Shown piece after piece: positions 53,644-64,000 of a stretch of DNA of 64,000 nucleotides. Positions within the stretch are counted from its first letter, which is position 1. Each line of letters begins with the position of its first letter. Below the pieces are notes generated by a model. It had not been told where the DNA came from. It saw only the letters and a list, made by a program, of their open reading frames with translations, and made no database searches. The DNA lies in assembly GCF_020073745.1 (NCBI RefSeq), contig NZ_JAIRAU010000047.1:29990-93989 (forward strand), read 5' to 3'. The position numbers and the translations under genes were made by a program. Origin of the DNA: Nannocystis pusilla (GTDB lineage: Bacteria > Myxococcota_A > Polyangia > Nannocystales > Nannocystaceae).

Positions 53644-54843
53644 ATGCATGACGTCGTGATCGTCGGCGCCGGCCCTGCCGGTTCGACCGCCGCCAACTTG
53701 CTCGCCCAGGCCGGCGTCCGCGCGCTCGCGCTCGACATGGACGTGTTCCCGCGGTTTCACATCGGCGAGTCGCTGCTGCCGATCGACCTGCCGATCTTCG
53801 CCCGCCTCGGCGTCGTCATGGAGCGCACGCGCTGGCAGTACAAGCAGGGCGCCGAGTTCATCGACGAGCGCACCGGCGAGTTCGCCTTCTTCAGCTTCGC
53901 CGACGGCCTCGAGGGCACGCCCCCCCACGCCTGGCAGGTCGACCGCGCCGAATTCGACACCATGCTCGCCGAGCTCGCGGTCTCCCGCGGCGCCGACATC
54001 CGCTTCGGCGAGCGCGTCGGCGACATCGAGTTCGCCGGCGATCACGTCCGCGTCGTCACCGACCGCGGCGAGCACCGGGCCCGCTTCCTCCTCGATTGCA
54101 CCGGTCAGGACGCCATGCTCGGCCGCGGCGCCCGCACGATCGCCCCGCTGCACGAGCTCGGACGCGCCGCCGTCTTCTGTCACTTCGACGACCTCGCGCC
54201 CGACGTGCAGGCCGAGCTCGGCGAGCAGGGCAACATCAAGGTCCTGATCGTCGAGGACGGCTGGCAATGGGTGATCCCGATGCACGGCGGTCGGCTCAGC
54301 GTCGGCCTCGTCAAGTGGCGCGGCAAGCTCGACGACGACGCCTTCGAGGCCGCCCTCGCCGCCTCGCCGCTGTGTCGCCGGCTCACCGCCGGGGCCACGC
54401 GCAGCGCCTCGCGGACGATCCGCAACTGGAGCTACAAGAACACCCGCCCCTCCGGTCCGCGCTGGGCCTGCGTCGGCGACGCCCGCGCCTTCCTCGACCC
54501 GGTGTTCTCGTCGGGCGTCTCGCTGGCGATGCTGGGCGCCGAGCGGACCGTCGACCTCCTCGTCCCTGCCCTCGCCGCCGGACGCGAGGCCGACCCCGAT
54601 CTCATGGGCCCCGTCCACGCCACCATGCAGATCGCCTACGACAGCTTCGAACAGCTGATCCGCCGCTTTTACCACACGCGCCTCGTCTCCCACCTGTTCT
54701 TCGCCCGCACGCCCGACCCGCAGCTGCGTCGTGGCCTCATCAGCATGCTCGCCGGCGACGTCTGGCGCGACGACAACCCGTTCCAGGACATGCTCCGCGG
54801 GTCACGCGTCCAGCCGCAGCGGGTCACGACGCCGGGCGAGTGA
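53644..54843 (+). CDS. flavin-dependent halogenase-like FAD-binding enzyme
   Basis: VVIVGAGPAGS Rossmann motif. GWQWVIP (WxWxIP) and FLDPVFSSG (FxxPxxSxG) motifs characteristic of tryptophan-halogenase-family enzymes. Confidence 0.7.
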   Translation: MHDVVIVGAGPAGSTAANLLAQAGVRALALDMDVFPRFHIGESLLPIDLPIFARLGVVMERTRWQYKQGAEFIDERTGEFAFFSFADGLEGTPPHAWQVDRAEFDTMLAELAVSRGADIRFGERVGDIEFAGDHVRVVTDRGEHRARFLLDCTGQDAMLGRGARTIAPLHELGRAAVFCHFDDLAPDVQAELGEQGNIKVLIVEDGWQWVIPMHGGRLSVGLVKWRGKLDDDAFEAALAASPLCRRLTAGATRSASRTIRNWSYKNTRPSGPRWACVGDARAFLDPVFSSGVSLAMLGAERTVDLLVPALAAGREADPDLMGPVHATMQIAYDSFEQLIRRFYHTRLVSHLFFARTPDPQLRRGLISMLAGDVWRDDNPFQDMLRGSRVQPQRVTTPGE

Positions 54844-54992
54844 CTGCAGCTCTTGTAAGCCAGATCGCAATTTTGGCAGTACGCCGCCCCTGAACGCGCT
54901 CGGGCTCCAGGCTCAGCTCGGGGTGGTTGCGTGTGCAATCATTGCAATTTCACGCTTCTCATTGTTCCCTGACGCGCAAGGGGACGAGTCGC

Positions 54993-56243
54993 ATGCACGA
55001 ACGGATCCTTCCTCGCATCCGGGTCGGGGTCGCCGCGCGTATGGGCGGCGGGGTGCTGGCCGTGGCGCTCGCGGGCTGCCTCGATCGCAACGCCGGGCTC
55101 GACGATCCGACCGTCGTCGAGCCTTCGACCGGCGACAGCAGCGGCAGCAGCAGCGGCTCGACCACCTTCCCCGGCATCATGACCACCACGGTCGACTCCG
55201 GTCACGGCGGCAGCGACAGCGACGGCACCACCGCCGAGCCCGCGCCCGAGCCGTGCGGCAACGGCAAGATCGACCCGCCCGAGCTGTGCGACCAGGGCGA
55301 GGCCAACTCCGACGCCGGCGAGTGCACCCTCGCCTGTCGCTGGAACGTGTGCGGCGACGGCCGCGTCCACCTCGGCGACGAGGCCTGCGACGACGGCCCC
55401 GACAACGGCAAGTACGGCCACTGCGACATGAAGTGCGGCGGCCCGGCCGAGCGCTGCGGCGACCTCTCGGTGCAGGCCGACGAGGGCGAGCAGTGCGACT
55501 CGAGCGACCCACACTTCGCCTGCCTCAAGGAGTGCACGTGGGCGACCTCGTGCACCAACATCAAGGCCAGCTGGGGCGACGAGGCCAAGACCGGCCTCTA
55601 CCTCATCCGCCGCATGAGCCAGTTCTTGACCGTCTGGTGCGACATGGACGCCGACGGCGGCGGCTACACCTTCGTCAAGTACGCCTCGGGCACCGTGCTC
55701 GACGACATGAACGACCCCCAGTACCCGTTCAACCCCGAGCCGCTCACCGCCGTCGAGGCCGAGCAGAAGTGCGGCTACTGGGGCCTGCGACTGTTCGCCC
55801 CGCGCAGCCCCGGGCACCTCGCCGCCGCCGTCGGGGCCGCCAACGCCAAGCAGTTCGCCCCGATCCAGAAGGACACCCTGTTCCCGCCGTACCCCGAGAT
55901 CGACAGCGACGTCGAGGGCTACCTGTCGATCATGGGCGTCTATCCGGTCACCCCCGGCACGAGCTGCGTCGGCAAGGCGCTCAACAGCGAGGACTGCCCC
56001 GAGTGGGCGATCAAGCCCGATCCGCTGCACCCCGACGTCGTCCTGCCCTACTGGGTCAGCGACACCTCCATCGCCAACCAGCCGAACACCACCGCCTGCG
56101 CCGGCTGCTCCCTCTTCTACCACTGGAACATCGTCGCCCAGCCGCCCCAGCTCGCCGGCTACATCACGATCAACATGATGAACAAGGGCGCGATCAGCTC
56201 GCACTTCCTGTGCGAGCTCGGCGACAAGCTCGGCCCGGGCTGA
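54993..56243 (+). CDS. lipoprotein with Cys-rich repeats and C-terminal fibrinogen-related domain
   Basis: VLAVALAGC lipobox. Cys-rich repeats (CGNGKIDPPELCDQGEAN, CGDGRVHLGDEACDDGPDNG). FLTVWCDMDADGGGYTFVKYASG matches the fibrinogen C-domain signature (VYCDM-DGGGWT). Confidence 0.6.
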   Translation: MHERILPRIRVGVAARMGGGVLAVALAGCLDRNAGLDDPTVVEPSTGDSSGSSSGSTTFPGIMTTTVDSGHGGSDSDGTTAEPAPEPCGNGKIDPPELCDQGEANSDAGECTLACRWNVCGDGRVHLGDEACDDGPDNGKYGHCDMKCGGPAERCGDLSVQADEGEQCDSSDPHFACLKECTWATSCTNIKASWGDEAKTGLYLIRRMSQFLTVWCDMDADGGGYTFVKYASGTVLDDMNDPQYPFNPEPLTAVEAEQKCGYWGLRLFAPRSPGHLAAAVGAANAKQFAPIQKDTLFPPYPEIDSDVEGYLSIMGVYPVTPGTSCVGKALNSEDCPEWAIKPDPLHPDVVLPYWVSDTSIANQPNTTACAGCSLFYHWNIVAQPPQLAGYITINMMNKGAISSHFLCELGDKLGPG

Positions 56244-56336
56244 GCCGCGCGGCTGACCGTCCGGCATGTCCTCTCGGCCAGCCGTTGCCGAGCGCGGGAC
56301 TCGTCGGCCCGAGCGCTCGCGGCGGCCGCACGCCGC

Positions 56337-56933
56337 TCAGCCGAGCTCGAGCGTCGCCAGCAGCTCCACCACCTCCGCGAGCGGCAGCCCGACCACGTTG
56401 GTGTAGCTGCCCTCGATCCGGCGCACCAGGCCGGCCGCCGCGCCCTGGATCCCGTAGGCGCCGGCCTTGTCGCGCCACTCTTCCGTGTCGAGGTAGCGGT
56501 CGATCTGCGCCGGCGTCAGCGGCCGGAACCACACCGTCGTCGTCACCGCGAACGGGTGCCAGCGGACCTCGGGCCCGCGGGCGTCGGCGACCGCCACCGC
56601 CGTCGTCGTGAAGTGCGAGCGCCCGGCCAGGCGCGTCAGCATCGCAGCCGCCTCCGCGCGGTCGGCCGCCTTGGCCAGCGGCTCGATCTGTCCTTCGAGC
56701 CAGACCGTCGTGTCGGCCGCCAGCACCACCACACCTGGCCGCAAGGCCAGCTCTGCCTTGGCCCGCGCGACCCGCTCGACGTACCGCGGCGGCGGCTCGT
56801 CGGCGAACCACGTCTCGTCGCAATCGACCGGCGCGCGCGCGAACGCGATCCCGGCCGAGCGGAGCAGCTCGGCGCGACGCGGCGACGCCGACGCGAGGAC
56901 GAGGGTCGAAGAGGGCTGCGGCTGTCCGGACAT
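56337..56933 (-). CDS. maf: Maf-like nucleoside triphosphate pyrophosphatase
   Basis: LVLASASPRRAELL, AYGIQG, and family length. Confidence 0.85.
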   Translation of the reverse strand: MSGQPQPSSTLVLASASPRRAELLRSAGIAFARAPVDCDETWFADEPPPRYVERVARAKAELALRPGVVVLAADTTVWLEGQIEPLAKAADRAEAAAMLTRLAGRSHFTTTAVAVADARGPEVRWHPFAVTTTVWFRPLTPAQIDRYLDTEEWRDKAGAYGIQGAAAGLVRRIEGSYTNVVGLPLAEVVELLATLELG

Positions 56934-57332
56934 CGCCCGCGGATCTGCCGGATCGGCGGCCCGCGTGCAACCGCCGCGGCAGCCGCACACGTCGACGCGG
57001 GGCGGCCACACAGGCGCGAGCGTCCCGGCACGCCCCGCGAGCGGCTCCCGCCCTCTGCGCTCCTGTTCGCGTCACCCGTGAACCTCGTCGCCGCCCGAGC
57101 ACGCGGCCGCTCGCCTCGGCGACGCCCGACCTCGCCGCCCCCCTCGCCTCGCGCCGCCCGGCCGATGTTCCGCGCAGCCTTCGCGGCCGCTCGCCTCGGC
57201 GCCGCACTCCCTCGCCTCGCGCCGCCCGGCCAAACCTTCGCGCAAGCGGCCGCGACCGCCACGGGCGGCCCTTCACGCCGGCAGGCGTCCGCGCCTCCGG
57301 GCCGTGCGGCCGCGCGTGCTACCATCCCGGCC

Positions 57333-58214
57333 ATGCGGCGCCCCTTCTGTCTCTCGAGCGTCTACCTCCTCGCGGTCCTCGCGCTGTCGGCCCCGTTCAT
57401 CACCGCCTCGCCGCTCGCGCCCGCCGAGCCTGTCCCCGAGGACAGCTGTGCGATCGAGGCCGTCGACCCCGCGCTGCTCGGCGTGTGGCACCGCTTCGAC
57501 GCCCTCGCCGAGGGCGACCGCATGCGCTTCTGGTTCTTCCACGAGGGCGGCTTCGGCCTCTACCGCTACGGCAAGGTCGGCCTGACCAACACCCACAGCT
57601 TCGACTACAGCGCCGAGGGCGGCGTCCTCGAGCTGACCTTCCGCAAGACCGGCGAGCGCCGGCGCGTCCCCTACCGCCTCGAAGACGACGGCGGCCGCAC
57701 CTGGCTGGTCCTCGACGACGACCCGCGCGAGGCCGGCGGCGCCCGCTACTTCAAGGCCCCGGCGGCGGCCACCGGCGCCCCCTGCTTCGACGCCTCCGAG
57801 GACATGTCCCGGGCGACAGGCTCCGAAGGACATGTTCCTGCGGCCAGCGACCGGATCGGCGGGCGGCTGTGGGGCGAGGAGGTCCGCTACGCCACCGGCG
57901 GCATGGGCTTCTCGATCTACCAGCTGCAGCCGCAGGCGATCGACGGCCGCGGCGTCGGCTGGCACCACCGCGGCGACTACGACGAGTGGACCACCGAGAC
58001 CCTCACCTACCGCCAGCGCGGCGACCGGCTGGCGCTGTCGTTCCCGCTGCGCCACGACGGCCTCGAGACCGCGATCACCGTCAGCGGCAGCGGCGACGAC
58101 CGCACGCTCCACCTCGCCGAGGACCCGCGCGACTTCTGGCGCGCCCACACCTACCGCGACATGGGCCCGACCTTCGCCGGCGCCGCCGCCCCGGCCGCCT
58201 GCCTGCCGCAGTAG
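57333..58214 (+). CDS. hypothetical secreted protein
   Basis: Signal peptide MRRPFCLSSVYLLAVLALSAPFITA. Contains an in-frame motif insertion at 57801-57838. Confidence 0.5.
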   Translation: MRRPFCLSSVYLLAVLALSAPFITASPLAPAEPVPEDSCAIEAVDPALLGVWHRFDALAEGDRMRFWFFHEGGFGLYRYGKVGLTNTHSFDYSAEGGVLELTFRKTGERRRVPYRLEDDGGRTWLVLDDDPREAGGARYFKAPAAATGAPCFDASEDMSRATGSEGHVPAASDRIGGRLWGEEVRYATGGMGFSIYQLQPQAIDGRGVGWHHRGDYDEWTTETLTYRQRGDRLALSFPLRHDGLETAITVSGSGDDRTLHLAEDPRDFWRAHTYRDMGPTFAGAAAPAACLPQ

Positions 58215-58270
58215 CCGCCGCCGCTCCGGCCCGCCGACCAACCTGCTCTTTCGCACCTATCCCGAGTCAC

Positions 58271-59002
58271 ATGTCCTTGGAGCCAGACGACATCGCCGCC
58301 AACCTCGCCGCAGTGCGCGCGCGGATCGCCGCCGCCGTGGTCCGCCGCGGCCCCGGCCGCGAGCCGATCCTGATCGGCGTCGGCAAGAAGCAGCCCGCCG
58401 AGGCCGTGATCGCGGCCCGCCGCGCCGGCCTCGGCGACTTCGGCGAGAACTACGCCCAGGAGCTGGTCGCCAAGGCCGAGGCCGTCGCCGCCGCCGTCGT
58501 CCCCCCGCGCTGGCACTTCATCGGCCCGCTGCAGACCAACAAGGTCCGCAAGGTCGTCGGCGTCGGGGCGCTGGTCCACACCGTCGACCGGCCCGCCCTC
58601 GTCGACGAGCTCGCCCGCGAGGTCGCCCGTCTGCGGGCCGGTCGCGGCGCCACCGCCCCGCTCGAGCTCCTCGTCGAGGTCAACGTCGGCGACGAGGCGC
58701 AGAAGGCCGGCGTCGCCGCGGCCGAGCTGCCCGCGCTGCTCGACCTCGTCGCCGCCCGCCCCGAGCTGCGCTGCGTCGGCCTCATGGCGATCCCGCCCGA
58801 GGGCGAGCCGGAGCAGACCCGGCCGTACTTCGCCCGCCTGCGCGAGCTGGCGCGCCGCGAAGCCGCCGTCGCCCGCCCCGGCGTCGAGCTGGTCCACCTG
58901 TCGATGGGCATGAGCTCCGACTTCGAGGTCGCTATCGAGGAAGGCGCGACGATGGTCCGCGTCGGCACCGCGATCTTCGGCCCCCGCCCGCCGCGCGCCT
59001 GA
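58271..59002 (+). CDS. yggS: YggS family pyridoxal phosphate homeostasis protein
   Basis: ILIGVGKKQP (PLP-Lys), HFIGPLQTNK, and alanine-racemase-fold length. ATG inside a cacATGTCC unit. Confidence 0.85.
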   Translation: MSLEPDDIAANLAAVRARIAAAVVRRGPGREPILIGVGKKQPAEAVIAARRAGLGDFGENYAQELVAKAEAVAAAVVPPRWHFIGPLQTNKVRKVVGVGALVHTVDRPALVDELAREVARLRAGRGATAPLELLVEVNVGDEAQKAGVAAAELPALLDLVAARPELRCVGLMAIPPEGEPEQTRPYFARLRELARREAAVARPGVELVHLSMGMSSDFEVAIEEGATMVRVGTAIFGPRPPRA

Positions 59003-59319
59003 GACCGCGCACCCCGGCCGATCCTCTCGAAGCGCACCGTGCTCGGCGACGCGACCAGGACCTCGGCGCCGCAGCGTCGCCGCGACCTCCCGCACACAGC
59101 GAGCGCCGCCGCGTCGCCCACGACCCGGCAGCAGGTTGCACACCGCGACGCGGCCGCCGTGAACACGACCCGCGACGCGCCGCCGACCGTCGCCGCTCGC
59201 CCATCCATTCTCGCGCCGACCACCTCCTCCTCGCCGGCGCCGGCGATCGTGACCGAGGGCAAGCGGCGCGGCGCCCGGCGCCTGTGTCTTCGCGCGGCGC
59301 GGCGTGCTATCGCAGGCCC

Positions 59320-60621
59320 GTGCCCAAGGCACCCCTGCTCGCTCCGCCCGGGCCGCCGACGCTCACCTTCCGCTGGGACGGCGCCCCCGTCGCCGCCTGC
59401 CCCGGCGACACCGTCGCCTCGGCGCTGATCGCCGCCGGCGAGCTCGCCACCAGCCGCAGCGCCAAGTACCGCCGCCTGCGCGGCCCGGCCTGCCTGCACG
59501 GCGGCTGCGGCACCTGCCTGGTGCGCGTCGACGGCCGGCCCAACCAGCGCGCCTGTCTCACGCCTGTCCGCGAGGACATGGTCGTCGAGCCGCAGAACAC
59601 CTACGGCGGCCTCGACCCGACCGCCCTCGTCGACCAGATCTTCCGCCGCGGCATCGACCACCACCACCTCGTCGTCTACCCCCGGCTCGCCAACCAGATG
59701 ATGCAGGGCGTCGCGCGCGAGCTGGCCGGCTTCGGCGAGCTGCCCGACGCCCCGCCCGAGGGCGCCGCCGGTCTCTTCGACCATGTCCCCGAGGTCCTGG
59801 TCATCGGGGCAGGTCGCTCCGGGCGCGCGCTCGCGGCCGCCCTCGCCGCCGCCGGGCGCCCGCCGCTGGTCGTCGAGCGCCGGGCCGCCGCCGCCCTGCC
59901 CGCCGCCGAGCGCCCGGCCCGGCTGCTCGCCGGCGTCGGCGTGTTCGCCTGCTACCCGCAGGAGCGGCTGTGGGCGGCCGCCTCCGAGCACCCGCCCGTG
60001 CTCCACCGGCTGCGCCCGCGCCACGTCGTGCTGGCCGTCGGCGCCCACGAGCCGACCATCCCGCTGGCCAACAACGACCTCCCCGGGGTCGTCTCGGCGC
60101 GTGGCCTCGCGGACATGCTCGAACAGACAGGTCGCCGCCTCGCCGCGCGCGTCGTCGTCGTCGGCGAGGGCCCGCGCGCCGAGCTGCTCGCCGCCGGCCT
60201 CGGCGCCGAGCGGGTCGCCCCGGCGCGCGTGCACAAGCTGCTCGGCGCCCGCCGGGTCAAGGGCGTGCAGCTCGACGACGGCAAGATCCTCCGCTGCGAC
60301 CTCGTCGCCCTCGCCCCCGACCCCGCCCCCGCGTTCGAGCTGGCCGCCCAGGCCGGCGCGCCGATCCGCTTCACCGGGGCCGGCTTCGCCCCCGTCTGCG
60401 ACCCCGACGGCCGGATCGCCGCCGGCCCGGCCGCCCACCCGCTCGAGGCCGCCGACGCCCAGACCGCCCCGCCGCCGCCGTGGACCCTGTGGGCAGTCGG
60501 CGAGCTGGCCGGCGCGACCACCCCCGCGGAGATCCAGGCCAGCGTCGACCGCTGCGCCGCCGCCCTCCTGCGCGCGCTCGCCGAGTCACCTGCTCCGGAG
60601 GACAGCCATGCCCGCGCCTGA
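59320..60621 (+). CDS. FAD/NAD(P)-binding oxidoreductase with N-terminal 2Fe-2S domain (HcnB / opine oxidase A / sarcosine oxidase alpha-like)
   Basis: N-terminal Cys cluster (CPGDTVASAL...CLHGGCGTC). VLVIGAGRSG Rossmann motif and second dinucleotide fold. GTG start inferred; start uncertain. Confidence 0.6.
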   Translation: MPKAPLLAPPGPPTLTFRWDGAPVAACPGDTVASALIAAGELATSRSAKYRRLRGPACLHGGCGTCLVRVDGRPNQRACLTPVREDMVVEPQNTYGGLDPTALVDQIFRRGIDHHHLVVYPRLANQMMQGVARELAGFGELPDAPPEGAAGLFDHVPEVLVIGAGRSGRALAAALAAAGRPPLVVERRAAAALPAAERPARLLAGVGVFACYPQERLWAAASEHPPVLHRLRPRHVVLAVGAHEPTIPLANNDLPGVVSARGLADMLEQTGRRLAARVVVVGEGPRAELLAAGLGAERVAPARVHKLLGARRVKGVQLDDGKILRCDLVALAPDPAPAFELAAQAGAPIRFTGAGFAPVCDPDGRIAAGPAAHPLEAADAQTAPPPPWTLWAVGELAGATTPAEIQASVDRCAAALLRALAESPAPEDSHARA

Positions 60622-60631
60622 GCCCCCGCGC

Positions 60632-60770
60632 CCGCACCTGTCCCCGCGGACAGGCGCCTCGCCCGCGCGCCTCCACCCGCACATGTCCCTGCGGACAGCC
60701 ACTTCTCGACCCGCTCCGGGCCGCTGCGTGACCTCGGGCTTGCGCTCCCATCCGCCCCCGCGGACAGCGA
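60632..60770. repeat. cluster of CCTGTCC...GGACAGG-type inverted repeats in the hcnB-like to hcnA-like gap
   Basis: cacctgtccccgcggacaggcg, cacatgtccctgcggacagcc and cccccgcggacagcg read directly. Confidence 0.55.
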
Positions 60771-60804
60771 CCACCTCCACCATCCCCCGGCTCCGAGGCC
60801 AACC

Positions 60805-61100
60805 ATGACCGCGCGCACCTTCGTCTGTCGCTGCGAGGACGTCACGCTCGGCGAGGTCGAGCGGGCGATCGCCGTCGGCCTCGCCGACGTCGAGGAGATC
60901 AAGCGCTACACCGGCCTCGGCACCGGCCCCTGCCAGGGCAAGGAGTGCCTGTCCGCGCTCGGCCGCCTCCTCGTCGCCCGCGGCCTCGTGCCGGCGGCGG
61001 CGCTGCGGCCGTTCACCGCGCGCCCGCCGGTCGAGCCGGTCACCTTCGGCGCCCTCGCGGCCGGCGCCACCGGCCCCGTCGCCCCGGAGGATCCCTCGCG

Positions 61101-61104
<4 letters not shown>
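60805..61104 (+). CDS. BFD-like (2Fe-2S)-binding small subunit (HcnA-like)
   Basis: CRCEDVTLGEVERAI...GLGTGPCQGKEC four-Cys BFD-like pattern. 99 aa. ATGA overlap with the next gene. Confidence 0.6.
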
Positions 61105-62318
<1,214 letters not shown>

Positions 62319-62705
62319 GTCGCCGGGATCGGCCCCCCGAATAAACCGGTGCGCTTCGCCATGAACCATCGACCACGCGCGAAATCGGCGGCGCCGCCTC
62401 ACGCGCCACGCGCCATGTGGGCCCGGGTCGCCCCCGCCTGGGCGGCCGTCGCAAGTGGCCTGCGGGCGCCCAGCCGCGCCTTCCGGCCCGGTGGCGGCGA
62501 AAGACCCCGGCGTTTCCCGACTCCCCCGCGGCCCCGCCGAGGCGCCATCACCGGGTTGCGACCGCCTGGTGCGCGTGCCCCTTCGCGGCCGGACTGCGAT
62601 ATCATCTCCGTCCGACCTCCGAGGTGCCATGGGCCCGTGCTTGCCAGCCGAATTTGTTCTGCCCTATCATCGGCGAAACATGCAGCCAGCGAAGGATAGC
62701 GCCCC

Positions 62706-63521
62706 ATGGAAGTGACTTTCTGGGGCACCCGGGGCAGCATTCCAGTTTCCGGGCCGAAGTACGTGGAGTTCGGCGGGAACACCCCCTGCCTTCAGATCGG
62801 GCTCGAGAGCACGACGGACACCATCATCTTCGACTCGGGCTCGGGCATCCGCGAGCTCGGCATCCGCCTCGTACAGACTCGAGCCGCGCACTCGCGCGTC
62901 ATCCACCTGTTTTTGACCCACGCACATTGGGATCACATCCAGGGCTTCCCGTTCTTCCCGCCGGCCTTCATGCCGGACTTCCGGCTCCACATCTACTGCA
63001 CGAAGGACGCGCGCACGATCCTCGACCGCCAGATGTCGACGCCGTTCTTCCCCGTCGGCCTCGACGTGATGGGCTCGACCAAGCTGTTCCACCAGCTGCT
63101 CCCGCAAGAGGTCACGACCATCGCCGAGGCGACGCTGCGCCACATCCCGCTGCCGCACCCGCAGGAGAGCACCGCCTTCCGCATCGACGAGCGCGGCAAG
63201 TCGATCGTGTTCGCCACCGACACCGAGCACGCGCCCGACCACATCAACGAGACGCTGCGTGACCTGGCCGAAGGGGCAGACGTCCTGATCTACGACGCCC
63301 AGTACACCTCCGAGGAGTACAGCGCCGGCAAGCAGGGCTGGGGCCACAGCACCTTCGCCGAGGCCGTCAAGCTGGCCCGCGCGGCTCACGTCCGCAAGCT
63401 CGTGCTCTACAGCCACGACCCGACCCACGACGACGAGATGCTGCGCAAGATCGAGGCGGCCGCGCAGGAGCACTTCCCCAGCACCGTCGCCGCCCGCGAC
63501 GGCATGAAGCTGACGCTCTGA
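62706..63521 (+). CDS. MBL-fold metallo-hydrolase
   Basis: LTHAHWDH (HxHxDH) motif plus downstream His/Asp ligands. 271 aa. Confidence 0.8.
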   Translation: MEVTFWGTRGSIPVSGPKYVEFGGNTPCLQIGLESTTDTIIFDSGSGIRELGIRLVQTRAAHSRVIHLFLTHAHWDHIQGFPFFPPAFMPDFRLHIYCTKDARTILDRQMSTPFFPVGLDVMGSTKLFHQLLPQEVTTIAEATLRHIPLPHPQESTAFRIDERGKSIVFATDTEHAPDHINETLRDLAEGADVLIYDAQYTSEEYSAGKQGWGHSTFAEAVKLARAAHVRKLVLYSHDPTHDDEMLRKIEAAAQEHFPSTVAARDGMKLTL

Positions 63522-63530
63522 CCGCTTGTG

Positions 63531-63560
63531 CTGGCCGCCAGGACATGTCCTCGCGGCCAG
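63531..63560. terminator. 30-bp near-perfect palindrome CTGGCCGC-ca-GGACATGTCC-tc-GCGGCCAG between convergent genes (hairpin, terminator-like)
   Basis: Read directly. Core is an exact GGACATGTCC with 8-bp flanking arms. Confidence 0.45.
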
Positions 63561-63611
63561 GCCAGTCGGTCCTCGCTACGCGAGCTCGGTCCTCGCGCCT
63601 GTCGCTGCCGC

Positions 63612-64000
63612 TCAGGCGACCAGGCGCCCGACCGCGAGCGGCCCCTCGGCCCGCTCGACCTCGATCGACGTCGACCGCCCCAACAGCGCGTCGTCGCCGG
63701 CCGCCAGCACCGTCAATCCGTTGTCCGCGCGGCCGACCAGCAGCCCCGTCCGGCGGTGACGCGAGCGGTGGATCACCGCCGACACCCGCCGGCCGACCTG
63801 CCCCGCCGCGAACGCCTGCTGCTTCGCCGCCGACAACGCCCGCAGCGCCGCCGCGCGGCGCTGCTTGACCGCCGCATCGACCTGCCCCGAAAGACAGGCG
63901 GCGTCCGTCCCCGCCCGCGGCGAGTACGAGAACACGTGCAGGTACGCCAGCGGCAGCGACTCGAGCAGCGCATGGGTGCTCGCGAAGGCCGCCTCCGACT
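63612..64000 (-). CDS. MiaB/RimO/MtaB-family methylthiotransferase, C-terminal part (gene runs off the window)
   Basis: FSYSPRAGTDA motif followed by a TRAM-like C-terminal domain. N-terminal radical-SAM part lies beyond coordinate 64000. Confidence 0.55.
   Translation of the reverse strand, partial: SEAAFASTHALLESLPLAYLHVFSYSPRAGTDAACLSGQVDAAVKQRRAAALRALSAAKQQAFAAGQVGRRVSAVIHRSRHRRTGLLVGRADNGLTVLAAGDDALLGRSTSIEVERAEGPLAVGRLVA

Overview
64 kb of very GC-rich (about 70%) bacterial chromosome with a Myxococcales-like gene repertoire. Core-metabolism operons (gcvT-gcvH, trpE-G-D-C-F, glyA, typA, rplC, rlmE, tatD, maf, yggS, pmbA/tldD) are interleaved with secreted lipoproteins carrying Thr/Gly/Asp-rich linkers and Cys-rich or eukaryote-like modules, an ECF sigma factor, a PAS hybrid histidine kinase and a TPR Ser/Thr kinase. 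Six-frame ORFs are long in every frame; genes were called only where the translation shows recognisable motifs, a signal peptide or a lipobox, a credible start, and operon logic. The most striking signal is not a gene: a dispersed family of short palindromic units built on GGACATGTCC (degenerate RCATGYCC). These units form 13-14 bp-period arrays in almost every intergenic gap, sit on the ATG of at least eight genes, form the centre of a 170-bp MITE-like element present as an inverted pair, and lie in-frame inside at least five coding sequences. Other notable items are a compact glyA-KS-CLF-DH-KR-flavin-halogenase operon, an HcnABC-like three-subunit flavoprotein cluster, lipoproteins with LDL-receptor class A and fibrinogen-like domains, a frameshifted OMP gene overlapping a sigma/anti-sigma fusion, a lower-GC islet at 4.6-8.2 kb and a stand-alone ribosomal protein L3 gene. 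No rRNA, tRNA or CRISPR was detected by eye.
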